Source: an uncultured bacterium (GTDB lineage: Bacteria > Desulfobacterota_D > UBA1144 > Nemesobacterales > UBA2774). Taken from it: 64,000 nucleotides of DNA. Of the stretch, positions 22,128-32,284 are shown piece after piece (positions within the stretch are counted from its first letter, which is position 1; each line of letters begins with the position of its first letter). The stretch is from the NCBI GenBank assembly GCA_963705505.1, contig CAVPJU010000010.1:224001-288000 (forward strand). The letters are read 5' to 3'. A program made the position numbers and the translations under genes. The notes under the pieces are model-generated. The model had not been told where the DNA came from, ran no database searches, and saw nothing but the letters and a program-made list of their open reading frames with translations.

Positions 22128-22997
22128 ATGAGCAACTTCTGGCAGAGGATACTTACGGCTGTTATTGCGGTCCCGATACTGTATGTGATATTCCGGATCG
22201 GGGGTGTCATATACCTTCTTTTCATCCTCGCTCTCATACTCATAGGCCAGATCGAATACCAGAAGCTGCTGCGGTCGAGGAACCTACCGAATGAGCGGGT
22301 ATCGGGAATAGCGTTTTCGCTCCTCCTCGCCGTCTCCGCCTTCATGGGCTACTTCTATTTCATGATGACGTTCACGGGAGCCGTGGTGCTCATACTCATT
22401 CTCGAGCTCTGGAAGCTCAAGGAAGGGGGCACTATACCGAGGGCGGGCGCGACCCTTTTCGGAATTATATATCTGGGCTGGCTTCTTAGCCACGCTATAC
22501 TCTTAAGAGACATAGGGGCTATAGAGGGGATACGGGAGTTCTCGGGAACCTACCAGGGACTTAAAGACCCAGGGTTCTTCTACATATTCTTTACGGTCGC
22601 GTGCACGTTCTTAAACGACACCGGGGCTTATTTCACCGGGCTAAAGATAGGGAAAAGGAAGCTCGCTCCTGCAATAAGCCCGGGGAAGACGGTCGAGGGG
22701 ACGATAGGCGGGATCATTGCCTGCATACTCACGGGAATAATTGTGAATTACGGATTCGGGTCGCCATTGAATTCAGACTGGACGATACTCTTTTCCGTGC
22801 TCATAGCGCTCTCCGCTATATTCGGCGACCTGGTCGAGTCCGCAATAAAAAGAGGCGCGGGCCTGAAAGACTCAGGCTATATAGTCCCCGGACACGGAGG
22901 TGTGCTCGACAGGTTCGACAGCCTGATATTCGTATTCCCGGTATCCTATTATTTCGTCCTGATATACTACATGACGCAGGGCGCAGCGTTCGGTTAA
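22128..22997 (+). CDS. cdsA: Phosphatidate cytidylyltransferase
   Basis: DTGAYFTG, ISPGKTVEG and GDLVESAIKR...KDSG...PGHGGVLDRFDS. Confidence 0.96.
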   Translation: MSNFWQRILTAVIAVPILYVIFRIGGVIYLLFILALILIGQIEYQKLLRSRNLPNERVSGIAFSLLLAVSAFMGYFYFMMTFTGAVVLILILELWKLKEGGTIPRAGATLFGIIYLGWLLSHAILLRDIGAIEGIREFSGTYQGLKDPGFFYIFFTVACTFLNDTGAYFTGLKIGKRKLAPAISPGKTVEGTIGGIIACILTGIIVNYGFGSPLNSDWTILFSVLIALSAIFGDLVESAIKRGAGLKDSGYIVPGHGGVLDRFDSLIFVFPVSYYFVLIYYMTQGAAFG

Positions 22998-24085
22998 TCG
23001 AGCCTGCCCCAGTCGATGTAAGACTCTTTTGATAATGCCTCAGCCTGCTCCCTCTTTATCATCACTCTGAGCCCTATGAGTATAAGCACGTTGAATAGGA
23101 GTCCGGCGAGGGCGGCGAACTGCTCCTTGTAAAATATAAACACATACGTAAGGAGTATGGATACGAGGACTGAGCGCTCGAACATCCCGTAGGCCCGGAG
23201 CCTCGATTTTCTTATGTAATAAACTCCGAGAACGACGAAAACTCCCGACAAAAGCGAGGAGAATATCTGGGCCTTATCTATAAAAGTGAGGCCGGTGAGC
23301 TTGAGGGTGATATTCTCGAGGACTCGGATATTCATCAGCTTTTCCTTCCCGAGGCCGAAAAAGAGGGTAAAAAAAGCGACGTACCCAAGTGTTGCTAATA
23401 GCTGGAGGAGGAAAAAGATCACGACGCCTCCTCTGAAATAACGTGAGCCCGCCACACTCTCGTAAAACCTCACGAACCTCCTTTTTAGCCTGATATAAAT
23501 TCCCGGCGACCGCGTGGGAATCGGGGTAGTGTTGATGATGAGCCCCCTTACGGCAGCAGTGAGCGGGTCTTCGGGGTCGCTCTTTGCCAGAAACATGAGC
23601 GCTCTCCTTTTCTCGTCCTCGTCGAGGTCACGGAGCGCCGCCTCCTCAAGCCCTCTGAGGGCGTTGATGAGATATTCCCTCTTCGTGAATGTCCATCCCG
23701 ATCCGATCATATGCACCGCAAGGACTATGAGTACAAATACCATGTACATGATCGCCACCGACGGCTCGAAGAAATAGTCGTTGTCTTTCGTTACGAACTT
23801 CCCCACCTCGTCGATGAAGGTCCCGAAACCGGCTCCCCCCAGAATAGCCGCCCACAGATCGGTCCGCCTGCCGATAAACGCAATGAGCATGACTATCGAC
23901 ACGAGCATGAGGAGCCCGCCCCAAAGCATGTGCGCTATGTGCAGAGTGCTGTTTCCGATCTGAGGATAACCCGTCATGTGGAGAAAAAGCCGTATCGTCA
24001 GGATCGCGGAGACCGCGCAGACGAGAAAAACCTCGGCGTAATTATAAGCGTCCATGTTCCTGACAAACGGGGCTCTTCCCTTCAT
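22994..24085 (-). CDS. Hypothetical integral membrane protein
   Basis: Multiple TM segments; HIAHMLWGG and GFGTFIDEVGKF motifs. Confidence 0.75.
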   Translation of the reverse strand: MKGRAPFVRNMDAYNYAEVFLVCAVSAILTIRLFLHMTGYPQIGNSTLHIAHMLWGGLLMLVSIVMLIAFIGRRTDLWAAILGGAGFGTFIDEVGKFVTKDNDYFFEPSVAIMYMVFVLIVLAVHMIGSGWTFTKREYLINALRGLEEAALRDLDEDEKRRALMFLAKSDPEDPLTAAVRGLIINTTPIPTRSPGIYIRLKRRFVRFYESVAGSRYFRGGVVIFFLLQLLATLGYVAFFTLFFGLGKEKLMNIRVLENITLKLTGLTFIDKAQIFSSLLSGVFVVLGVYYIRKSRLRAYGMFERSVLVSILLTYVFIFYKEQFAALAGLLFNVLILIGLRVMIKREQAEALSKESYIDWGRLD

Positions 24086-24183
24086 CGGCGGTTCCTTTGT
24101 TTATTCTATGTTAATCTCACTTGTTAATCTACAGTTTTGATGTCATATTATCGGTACTCAAAAACCTGCCGATAATAATAAAA

Positions 24184-25332
24184 ATGAACGAACATGGCTC
24201 TGCCTTGCCTCTCCCGACAGTCGAAGCATCGAAAGACTCGAACGATACCCTAAAGCTTAAAATCAAGGGACGTCTCGATGTCTATACCACCGGCAAAATC
24301 TGGAAAGATTCCTCTTCGGTAATAGAGAAATCCAACCCTGCCAAACTTATCATAGACGCAGAGGGTATCGAATACTGCGACGCCTCCGGCATAGCCCTCC
24401 TTATAGAGCTCAGGCTCAGTCAGGAGAAAACGGGCGGCAGCTTCGAGATTACGGGGCTCCGCAACGATGTGGATAAATTATACAGGCTCTTTAAACCGGA
24501 GGAGCTAGCGAAACCCGAGGCTCCGGCAGTACCGCCTTCAGGAAATATTATCGAACGGATAGGGGAGGGCTCATGGCAGGTGCTCGAAGAAATAAGAGTG
24601 CATATAGTATTCACGGGACGAGTGACGGTAGGGCTCCTGAGGGCCCTGCTCAATCCGTTCAGTGTGAGGTGGAAGGAAGTATTCGTCACATGCGAGAAGT
24701 TTGGCGCTAACTCCCTATTCATCATCGGGCTCGTAAATTTCCTGGTCGGGCTCGTGATCGCGTTCCAGTCGGCCATACCGATGCAGCAGTACGGCGCCCA
24801 GATATTCGTCGCAGACCTTATTGTGATAGCCTATTTTAAAGAGCTCGGACCTCTTATGACCGCTTTCGTCGTAAACGGAAGGAGCGGCTCCGCTTTCGCC
24901 GCCGAGCTCGGCACTATGAAGGTGAACGAAGAATTAGACGCGCTCGACACCATGGGACTCGACCCCGTGAATTTCCTGGTAGTCCCCAAGGTCATCGCCG
25001 CCCTTTTCATGCTCCCGCTCCTCACCGTATTCGGGAACCTCTTCGGACTCCTGGGAGGCCTCGTCGTAATACTATCGATGGGGTACACTTTCTCCACCTA
25101 TATAAATCAGATAACCGCATCGGGGACATATGTCATGTTGCTCTCCGGACTTTTCAAAACACTATTTTTTGCGGTGCTCATCGCAGGCGTGGGGTGTCTT
25201 GCCGGAATGAGGGCCTCGAGGGGTCCTTCGGCTGTGGGTGACGCGGCCACTAACGCGGTTGTAATGGGGATCATACTTATGATAGTCGTCGACGGAATCT
25301 TCGGCGTTATATATTACATTCTGGGAATCTGA
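24184..25332 (+). CDS. mlaE: MlaE family ABC permease with N-terminal STAS domain
   Basis: STAS (CDASGIALL) plus ELGPLMTA, GRSGSAFAAELGTMKVNEELDAL and VGDAATNAVV. Confidence 0.92.
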   Translation: MNEHGSALPLPTVEASKDSNDTLKLKIKGRLDVYTTGKIWKDSSSVIEKSNPAKLIIDAEGIEYCDASGIALLIELRLSQEKTGGSFEITGLRNDVDKLYRLFKPEELAKPEAPAVPPSGNIIERIGEGSWQVLEEIRVHIVFTGRVTVGLLRALLNPFSVRWKEVFVTCEKFGANSLFIIGLVNFLVGLVIAFQSAIPMQQYGAQIFVADLIVIAYFKELGPLMTAFVVNGRSGSAFAAELGTMKVNEELDALDTMGLDPVNFLVVPKVIAALFMLPLLTVFGNLFGLLGGLVVILSMGYTFSTYINQITASGTYVMLLSGLFKTLFFAVLIAGVGCLAGMRASRGPSAVGDAATNAVVMGIILMIVVDGIFGVIYYILGI

Positions 25333-25333
25333 G

Positions 25334-26107
25334 ATGAACGATAAGGGGACGGTAATAATAAAGGTAGAAGATTTTACAGCCAAATACGGGGATACGGTAA
25401 TCATCGACGATATCTCATTTGACGTCTATAAGGGCGAGATATTCGTCATACTCGGAGGCTCGGGATGCGGGAAGAGCACGCTCCTGAAACATATGATCGG
25501 GCTCTACAAGCCCGCTCAGGGGAACATAATTATAAACGGGGAAGACATCACGAAAGCGGAAGGGCAGGAGAGAATCGATATTTTGAAAAAAATTGGAGTT
25601 GCGTATCAGCTTGGCGCTTTATTCGGGTCCATGACGGTTCTTGAGAACGTAATGCTGCCTCTCGAGGAGTATACGGACCTGGACAGGGATGCAAGGCATC
25701 TCATCGGAAGGATGAAGCTCGATCTCGTGGGTCTCGAGGGCTCGGAGCGGAAGATGCCGTCTGAGCTCAGCGGAGGGATGATAAAGAGGGCGGCGCTCGC
25801 AAGGGCTATGGCTCTTGACCCGGAGGTGCTGTTTCTCGACGAGCCCTCGGCCGGACTCGACCCTATAACCTCAGCCGAGCTCGACCAGCTGATAATTCAG
25901 CTCTCTAAGAGCCTCGGAGTAACATTTGTAGTTGTTACACATGAGCTTAACAGTATTTACAATATCGCCGACAGGGTTATTATGCTTGATAAGAGCACCA
26001 AGAATATTATTGCGGAGGGAAAACCGGATTATCTGAGGGACAATTCGACGATCCCGGTAGTCAGGAAATTTTTCAGGAGACAGACCGATGAGCAGCTCGG
26101 CATGTAA
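25334..26107 (+). CDS. mlaF: MlaF/Mkl family ABC ATPase
   Basis: GGSGCGKST, LSGGMIKRAALARA, LDEPSAGLDP and VTHEL. Confidence 0.93.
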   Translation: MNDKGTVIIKVEDFTAKYGDTVIIDDISFDVYKGEIFVILGGSGCGKSTLLKHMIGLYKPAQGNIIINGEDITKAEGQERIDILKKIGVAYQLGALFGSMTVLENVMLPLEEYTDLDRDARHLIGRMKLDLVGLEGSERKMPSELSGGMIKRAALARAMALDPEVLFLDEPSAGLDPITSAELDQLIIQLSKSLGVTFVVVTHELNSIYNIADRVIMLDKSTKNIIAEGKPDYLRDNSTIPVVRKFFRRQTDEQLGM

Positions 26108-26132
26108 AACCACGGGCGGGGACACATAAAAA

Positions 26133-27083
26133 ATGAGTCAGAAACCAAATTTCTTCAAGATAGGGTTGTTCGTAATACTTGCACTCCTTATCCTTGCCGG
26201 GGCGATAATATTCTTCGGCGGGGGAAAATTCTTCGAGAAGAAGTATACTGTCGAAACTTATTTCGACCAGCCCGTCGAGGGACTTTCCGTCGGGGCGTCT
26301 CTTGAATTCCAGGGTGTTCAGATAGGCAACGTAAGCTCGATCGAGTTCGTATTTAATGAATACAGTACAGATAAACATTACGTCCTCGTCAGGGCGGAGA
26401 TCTACGGCAATAAGGTATCGGGGAAGAATAAGGGTCGGCTCTTCAAAAGCGATGAAGAAAGGGAAGAAGGTATTATGAAAATGGTACAGAAAGGGCTCAG
26501 GCTCCAGCTGGCCTCCCAGGGAATCACGGGAATAGCGTTCCTGAATGCAGTCTATCTCGACCCCGAGCGTTTCCCACCGCTCGAGCACAACTGGAAGCCG
26601 GAATACGTATACATCCCCTCGGCGCCCGGGACCATCGCCCAGATCACCGAGACCATCGAAGAGCTTTCGCAGAGCATCAAGAGTATCGACTTCAAAGAAA
26701 TTTCGCAGGACATAGATAAACTGGTGGCTTCATTGAACGAAGCCGTAGAAGCGGCAAAGGTGGGAGAGATGAGCAAGGACGTGAGAGAGCTAATCAAGAC
26801 GCTTAACACGACGACCACGGAGCTCGATTCGATACTCAAGAGCAAGGAAACGAAGCAGACACTTGCCAATGTCACGGCCATAACATCCGATCTGAGGAGC
26901 ACACTTAACCGCACCGACCGCCTGTTGTCGAGCAGAGAGCACAGCATAAAATTGACTATGGAGAATATAGAGCGCATTTCGGAGGACGGCAGGGAACTAT
27001 TGGAGCTATTGAAGAAATATCCCTCATGGGTTCTTTTCGGAAACCCGCCGCCGCATATCGAAGGGGAGGAAAAATCTAAATGA
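26133..27083 (+). CDS. mlaD: MlaD/MCE domain protein
   Basis: N-terminal TM, VEGLSVGASLEFQGVQIGNV, helical C-terminus. Confidence 0.9.
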   Translation: MSQKPNFFKIGLFVILALLILAGAIIFFGGGKFFEKKYTVETYFDQPVEGLSVGASLEFQGVQIGNVSSIEFVFNEYSTDKHYVLVRAEIYGNKVSGKNKGRLFKSDEEREEGIMKMVQKGLRLQLASQGITGIAFLNAVYLDPERFPPLEHNWKPEYVYIPSAPGTIAQITETIEELSQSIKSIDFKEISQDIDKLVASLNEAVEAAKVGEMSKDVRELIKTLNTTTTELDSILKSKETKQTLANVTAITSDLRSTLNRTDRLLSSREHSIKLTMENIERISEDGRELLELLKKYPSWVLFGNPPPHIEGEEKSK

Positions 27084-27709
27084 AATTAAATAACCGCATT
27101 AAAATCTCTTCAATTGCGTTCTTTATAATTTTCATCTCCGCCTGTTCGGGTCTTAGCAAAAGCTATCCCGAGAGGAATTTCTACATGTTCGAAGTCCCGC
27201 CTGCAACGCTTAAACCCGCGCAGGTAAAAGGGGCAATCGTCGAAGTTGCCAGATTTAACGTTTCACCGGGCAGCGACGGGAAGGAGTTTATATACAGAAC
27301 GGGCGATCTGAGCTACGAATCGGACTTTTATAATCAATTCTTCAGACCGCCGGGCGCAATGCTTACGGAATTGACGATAAGTTGGCTTAACGATACGGGG
27401 CTTTTCCAGGATGTCCTGAGCACGGTCACACAAGCCGGGGCCAACTATTTCGTGGAGGCGAACGTCGTCCAGCTTTACGGGGACTTCAGGGCTTCCCCGA
27501 AAGCGGTAATGCAGATACAGTTTCTGCTCTTAAAATATAGTTCCGACAGCAGTTACGACGACAATACGGAGATCGTATTCGGTAAGGTCTACAGCTCGGA
27601 AATACCGATCGCATCGCAGACCGCCAAGGATCTCATGAAAGGGTGGAATATCGCCCTCGGCGATATATTGAATGCGTTCCTGGCGGACCTGCAGAAAAAC
27701 GTGAAGTGA
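27080..27709 (+). CDS. ABC transport auxiliary lipoprotein (PqiC-like)
   Basis: Lipobox ISAC; last gene of the mlaEFD operon; YESDFYNQF motif. Confidence 0.8.
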   Translation: MKLNNRIKISSIAFFIIFISACSGLSKSYPERNFYMFEVPPATLKPAQVKGAIVEVARFNVSPGSDGKEFIYRTGDLSYESDFYNQFFRPPGAMLTELTISWLNDTGLFQDVLSTVTQAGANYFVEANVVQLYGDFRASPKAVMQIQFLLLKYSSDSSYDDNTEIVFGKVYSSEIPIASQTAKDLMKGWNIALGDILNAFLADLQKNVK

Positions 27710-27894
27710 TATTGCATGCCCGGTAATTATTAATAAAATGGATGGATGCCGGTCGGACGGGCATCTGATATTTCCGATACAGTATCCGGAACCGGCGGAT
27801 AAAATGTAAGAATTGATGATTCTTAAGTAAATTTGCTTTTTTTATCTCAAAAGAAATATAATTATATGACTTTTCCAACGATCGGGAGATAAAT

Positions 27895-29328
27895 ATGCGC
27901 GTCCTGCTGGTTATAGTACTTATAGTTCTTCTGGCTCTGCTCGGGCTGCCTTACTGGTTCGGCATGCGGACCGAAAAGGTCTATAACGATATAGTGACCA
28001 GCTATTCCGAATCACAAAATATAACGATCGTCGAAAAAAGCTACGAGAAGGGATGGCTGAATTCCAAAGCCAAAACCGTATTCGCTGTCAAAAACGGCGG
28101 GGCCGAACTGATAAGGTTCGAGGAAACCGATACGATTTACCACGGACCGTTTCCGCTGCAGGCAGTACTGAGCGGAAGAGCGGGACTTTCGCCGGTCATG
28201 GCGGTCATAGATTCACAACTGGTCCCGATACCGGCAGAGAAATCGGAATTCTCCGAGATAATAAAGAAGCTGCCGCCGGCCAATTTATTGACGAGACTCT
28301 CGCTCGACGGCGGAGGCATAACGGATATCACCGTGCCGGGGATCGAAACTGAGGCCGGGGAGCAGGGAGAAAAGCTCAAATGGGAAGGGCTGACGGGAGA
28401 CGTGGCGTTCAGTCCCGAGTTTAAAGATGTAGATACAGCGTTAAAATCTCAGGGGCTGATGCTTACGGGAAAAGATATGAATCTCACCGTGAAGGAAATC
28501 GCGGGAGACTCCAGGGTGAAGTATGTAGGTCCCGAGAACAAATACCCCGTCGGGGATATCAATCTTACGGTCGGTGAAGTGGCGCTTCAGACAAAAAATG
28601 ACAACAGCGGGGAGTATGAAAAATTTGCGGTGACGGGAATAAAGCTAACGGGGACATCGAGTGAAAACCAGGGCAATCTCAACAGCACCCACAGTCTCGG
28701 CTTTCGGGAGCTCGTAGTCGGGGGCGGCAAATACGGCCCGGGAGGCTATGAGCTCGCCATCAGGAACATCGATATGGCTTCGTGGATGAAAGTCCAGGAT
28801 GTCCTCAAGAAGAATCAGAATACGGCTCAAACCGAGGAGGCACGAGAGAAGTTCATGGCGGAGCTCATGAAGATAGTCCCGGACCTGATAAAGAAATCAC
28901 CCGAAATAGAGCTAACGAAATTAAATCTCGAAACCTCGAACGGGAGCCTCGACGGTCACCTGAAAATCTCGGTTGACGGATCGAACCAGAACAACCCCGA
29001 GCTTGCGGCGAACCCGCTGTTTCTACTTGCCGCAATAAAGGCAAACGCGAGGGTGTCCGTTACGAAGACTCTTCTGGAAACGATATTAACGGGCTACAAA
29101 AAGGAAGAAATATTGGACGATTTTAAAAAAGCCGACGACGAGATACCCCCTGATGAGGAAATCCTCGGGATGGCGAAAGAAGAAGCCGGAGATGAAATTA
29201 AAGGGTTGAAAGACCAGAACATTATTACGGAGAGCGGCGACAATTACGAACTCAAAGCCAGCTACGAGATGGGTCAGGTAACGCTCAACGGGCAGCCGCT
29301 CGATATGGGATCACTCCTGGGTCAGTAG
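27895..29328 (+). CDS. YdgA/DUF945-like membrane-anchored protein
   Basis: LPYWFG...YEKGWLNS...IYHGPFP at the N-terminus; LNGQP at the C-terminus. Confidence 0.8.
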   Translation: MRVLLVIVLIVLLALLGLPYWFGMRTEKVYNDIVTSYSESQNITIVEKSYEKGWLNSKAKTVFAVKNGGAELIRFEETDTIYHGPFPLQAVLSGRAGLSPVMAVIDSQLVPIPAEKSEFSEIIKKLPPANLLTRLSLDGGGITDITVPGIETEAGEQGEKLKWEGLTGDVAFSPEFKDVDTALKSQGLMLTGKDMNLTVKEIAGDSRVKYVGPENKYPVGDINLTVGEVALQTKNDNSGEYEKFAVTGIKLTGTSSENQGNLNSTHSLGFRELVVGGGKYGPGGYELAIRNIDMASWMKVQDVLKKNQNTAQTEEAREKFMAELMKIVPDLIKKSPEIELTKLNLETSNGSLDGHLKISVDGSNQNNPELAANPLFLLAAIKANARVSVTKTLLETILTGYKKEEILDDFKKADDEIPPDEEILGMAKEEAGDEIKGLKDQNIITESGDNYELKASYEMGQVTLNGQPLDMGSLLGQ

Positions 29329-29359
29329 CATTTAAACCGTATATCTCGAGCGGGATATA

Positions 29360-30235
29360 TTATTCATTTTCAGGTACCTTGAATTTCCTTTCCAATTCCC
29401 TGTATTTCGGCACGTCTATAATCCGCTCGAAATCTTTAAACGTGAGCATGTCCCCGAACCCGGCCGTCGTACCGTGCTCCATTAGATAGGAGTAACAGGA
29501 CTCCACGGCTTTCGTTGCAGCAAAGAGCGCTGTCAGCGGAAAGACTGCAATCTTGTACCCGAGATCTTCGAGCTCCCCTGCCTGTAAAACGGGGGTCTTC
29601 CCGCCCTCGACCATATTTGCAAAGAGAGGCACTCCAGGGAATGCCGCGGCAATCTCTCTCAGTTCTTCTACCGACTCGGGCGCCTCGACGAATACAACGT
29701 CGGCCCCGGCTTCGTAATAGGCTCTCCCCCTCCTGATCGCTTCGTCGAGACCGAGCGGAGCGCGCGAATCGGTTCGCCCGATGATGACGAGCCCGCTCTC
29801 CCCGCGCGCTTCGACGGCCGCATGGATTTTCTCCGCGTGCTCCTCCATCGGAATGACCCGTTTCCCCTCGAAATGGCCGCACTTCTTGGGCCAGACCTGG
29901 TCTTCGAGTATTATTCCCGCAGCCCCCAGCGTCACTACGTCCTCCACGGTCCTCATTACGTTTAACGCGTTCCCGTACCCGGTATCTATATCCGCGACGA
30001 CGGGGATGCCGACAGAAGCGGCGATACGACCGGCGCTGGAGAGCATTTCAGTCGCCGTGAGGAATCCGAAATCCGGCCTTCCGAGCACAGTACCCGATAT
30101 GCCGAAACCGCTCGTGAACGCGACCTTAAAACCCGCCCGCTCAGCGAGCTTTGCGCTTATGCAGTCGTAGACGCCCGGGAGCACCAGGATCCCCGGCCCG
30201 GACATTATTTCTCTCAGTCTCTCACCCTTCGTCAT
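29360..30235 (-). CDS. Isocitrate lyase/PEP mutase family enzyme (PrpB/oxaloacetate decarboxylase-like)
   Basis: DIDTGYG, EDQVWPKKCGH, GRTD and ANMVEGGKTP. Confidence 0.9.
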   Translation of the reverse strand: MTKGERLREIMSGPGILVLPGVYDCISAKLAERAGFKVAFTSGFGISGTVLGRPDFGFLTATEMLSSAGRIAASVGIPVVADIDTGYGNALNVMRTVEDVVTLGAAGIILEDQVWPKKCGHFEGKRVIPMEEHAEKIHAAVEARGESGLVIIGRTDSRAPLGLDEAIRRGRAYYEAGADVVFVEAPESVEELREIAAAFPGVPLFANMVEGGKTPVLQAGELEDLGYKIAVFPLTALFAATKAVESCYSYLMEHGTTAGFGDMLTFKDFERIIDVPKYRELERKFKVPENE

Positions 30236-30371
30236 CACCGATCTCCCTGACTTTTTCCCTAGAAACATAGTGATGTCCCCGATGGGTGTCAAGAAGGATT
30301 GCAGAAGCGGGGCGTTTGTGATATTTTGAATTTATATCCCCCGGCTCGAGTATATTCTAGGAAAACTCAAG

Positions 30372-30899
30372 GTGAAAAAGAGAGCGGAAAAAAATGCTAA
30401 AGAGAAAACGGAAACACCGGGAAGGCTGCAGGCGGGCTTAAAGAGTAAAGACGTCATACAGCTCATAGAGGCGCTCGAAGGCGTAAAGCTCGATTTCGAC
30501 CATCTATATTACTACGAGCACACGGGGCTCATTGTGCCGAGCCTCAGGAGCTCGAAGGGCAGGGGGGTGCCAAAGCTTTACTCAACCGAGGATTTCATCG
30601 TGCTCCGCTGGCTCGTCTCCCTCCAGAAGAACGGAATACCCGTCAGCCGCTTCCGCGAGGTGCTTACGTTTCTTAAGGAAAAGATGCCTGAAGTCCTGAG
30701 CCAGCCCCAGAACTGGGTGCTCATAACGGACGGCAAGTCCGTGCAGTTTTTCGACAGGGTTTCGTCGAGGGCGTTCGACGTCCTCAAGGACTCCGGCCAG
30801 TACCTGTTTTTCTTCCCTATAGGCAAGGTAGCAGACGAAAGCAGAAAAGCGGTAAAGAAGCTCGGAAAGAAACACCGGGGTCAAAGGGCCGATGTATAG
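30372..30899 (+). CDS. MerR-type HTH regulator
   Basis: YYYEHTGLIVPS...GRG..KLYSTEDFIVL...LQKNGIP. Confidence 0.7.
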   Translation: MKKRAEKNAKEKTETPGRLQAGLKSKDVIQLIEALEGVKLDFDHLYYYEHTGLIVPSLRSSKGRGVPKLYSTEDFIVLRWLVSLQKNGIPVSRFREVLTFLKEKMPEVLSQPQNWVLITDGKSVQFFDRVSSRAFDVLKDSGQYLFFFPIGKVADESRKAVKKLGKKHRGQRADV

Positions 30900-30929
30900 A
30901 ATACCGATGTATAGATTTCAGTAAGGCGC

Positions 30930-32195
30930 TTAATCTTTACCCGGCCTGCGCAAGTTTTGCTTCCTCTTACTCCCCTCGGCGACCACGTCCGGTATGGAGG
31001 TGAATCCTATCCTCATGGGAGCGGCCTCCGAAGCGCCGTGCATGGAGCCGTAATATATGCTGTCCGTACCGTACCGCTCGTTTATCTTATCGAGAGCGCC
31101 CGCAATATCGTCCCGCTTCCTCTCACCGGCAAAAAGAGGCATGGCAAATTCATCAGACGGGGTCAGGTCGGTAAACGTGACAGACGCGCGAAGAGGCTTG
31201 TAATCGGACGGTCTTTTCTGCCAGGCTGAGGAGAACACTTCGATCATAGTCCGCGTATCGTTCTTTTTCCCTATATTCACACCCACTTTCCAGCTCTCTT
31301 CCCCTCCCAGATAATCTATCCTGACGACCATCCTGTCAGAGAGGTACTTGAGCCTCCTCAACCTGAACGCAGCCTTATGTATAAGCTTCACGAACACCGC
31401 CCGGACCCCTTCGTCCGTCCTCAATTCCGGGGGCAGGACATGAGAGTGGCCTACCGTCTTCCTCCCGGAAGGGCTCTCGATTACATCTTCGCCCCTGAGC
31501 ATAACGAGAAAGCGCTTACCTACTACACTCCCCCATATATCGCGGATCTTTTCCTCCGGCAGAGCGCAAAGACCCTCGACCGTGTGCACGCCGTAACCCT
31601 TCAAGCGGGCATGCATCCTCCTGCCTATGCCGGGAAGGTCCGTCAGGGACAGCGAATACAGCCTTTGAGGGAGCTCTTCCTTCGTTATCACGGTAAACCC
31701 GTCGGGCTTCTCCATATCGCTCGCGACCTTGGCTATGAAGCGGTTTGGCGCAATGCCTACCGAGCACTTGACGTATTCCCCGACCTGCTCTTTAATCGCT
31801 CTCTTCACCTCGCGCCCTATCTCAACAGCGTTTTCCCGGACCGTCTGCCTTCCCGTGAGACGGCACGACATCTCGTCTATCGACTGGACGGAATCGACGG
31901 GCAGCACGGAGCTTACGGCTGAAACTATCTTATGATGGGTTTCGATGTATTTTTCAGGCCTCGATTCTACTATATTAAGCTTGTTGCAGGCCTTGCGGGC
32001 TTCGGCGACGTTAGTCCCGGTCTTGATACCGTACTTTCTTGCCTCGTAACTCGCGGCTATACAACAGGTGCTGTCCGCCATAACCGGGACAACGACGGTA
32101 GGCTTGCCCCTCAGCTCGGGTCTCAGCTGCTGCTCGACGGAGGCGAAGTACGAGTTCATGTCCACAAAAAGCCATCTCAGCGGGTAATCGTCCAT
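30930..32195 (-). CDS. dinB: Y-family DNA polymerase (Pol IV/DinB-like)
   Basis: FVDMNSYFASVEQ, AASYEARKYGI, SIDE, AKVASDMEKPDG and LPGIG. Confidence 0.9.
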   Translation of the reverse strand: MDDYPLRWLFVDMNSYFASVEQQLRPELRGKPTVVVPVMADSTCCIAASYEARKYGIKTGTNVAEARKACNKLNIVESRPEKYIETHHKIVSAVSSVLPVDSVQSIDEMSCRLTGRQTVRENAVEIGREVKRAIKEQVGEYVKCSVGIAPNRFIAKVASDMEKPDGFTVITKEELPQRLYSLSLTDLPGIGRRMHARLKGYGVHTVEGLCALPEEKIRDIWGSVVGKRFLVMLRGEDVIESPSGRKTVGHSHVLPPELRTDEGVRAVFVKLIHKAAFRLRRLKYLSDRMVVRIDYLGGEESWKVGVNIGKKNDTRTMIEVFSSAWQKRPSDYKPLRASVTFTDLTPSDEFAMPLFAGERKRDDIAGALDKINERYGTDSIYYGSMHGASEAAPMRIGFTSIPDVVAEGSKRKQNLRRPGKD

Positions 32196-32284
32196 CACGT
32201 AAAAATGATAACATAAATTCCCAGGCAAATGCCTTTTCGATTTCCGCCCGGACTTTGGAAAGAACCGTATGATAGAATATTTCC

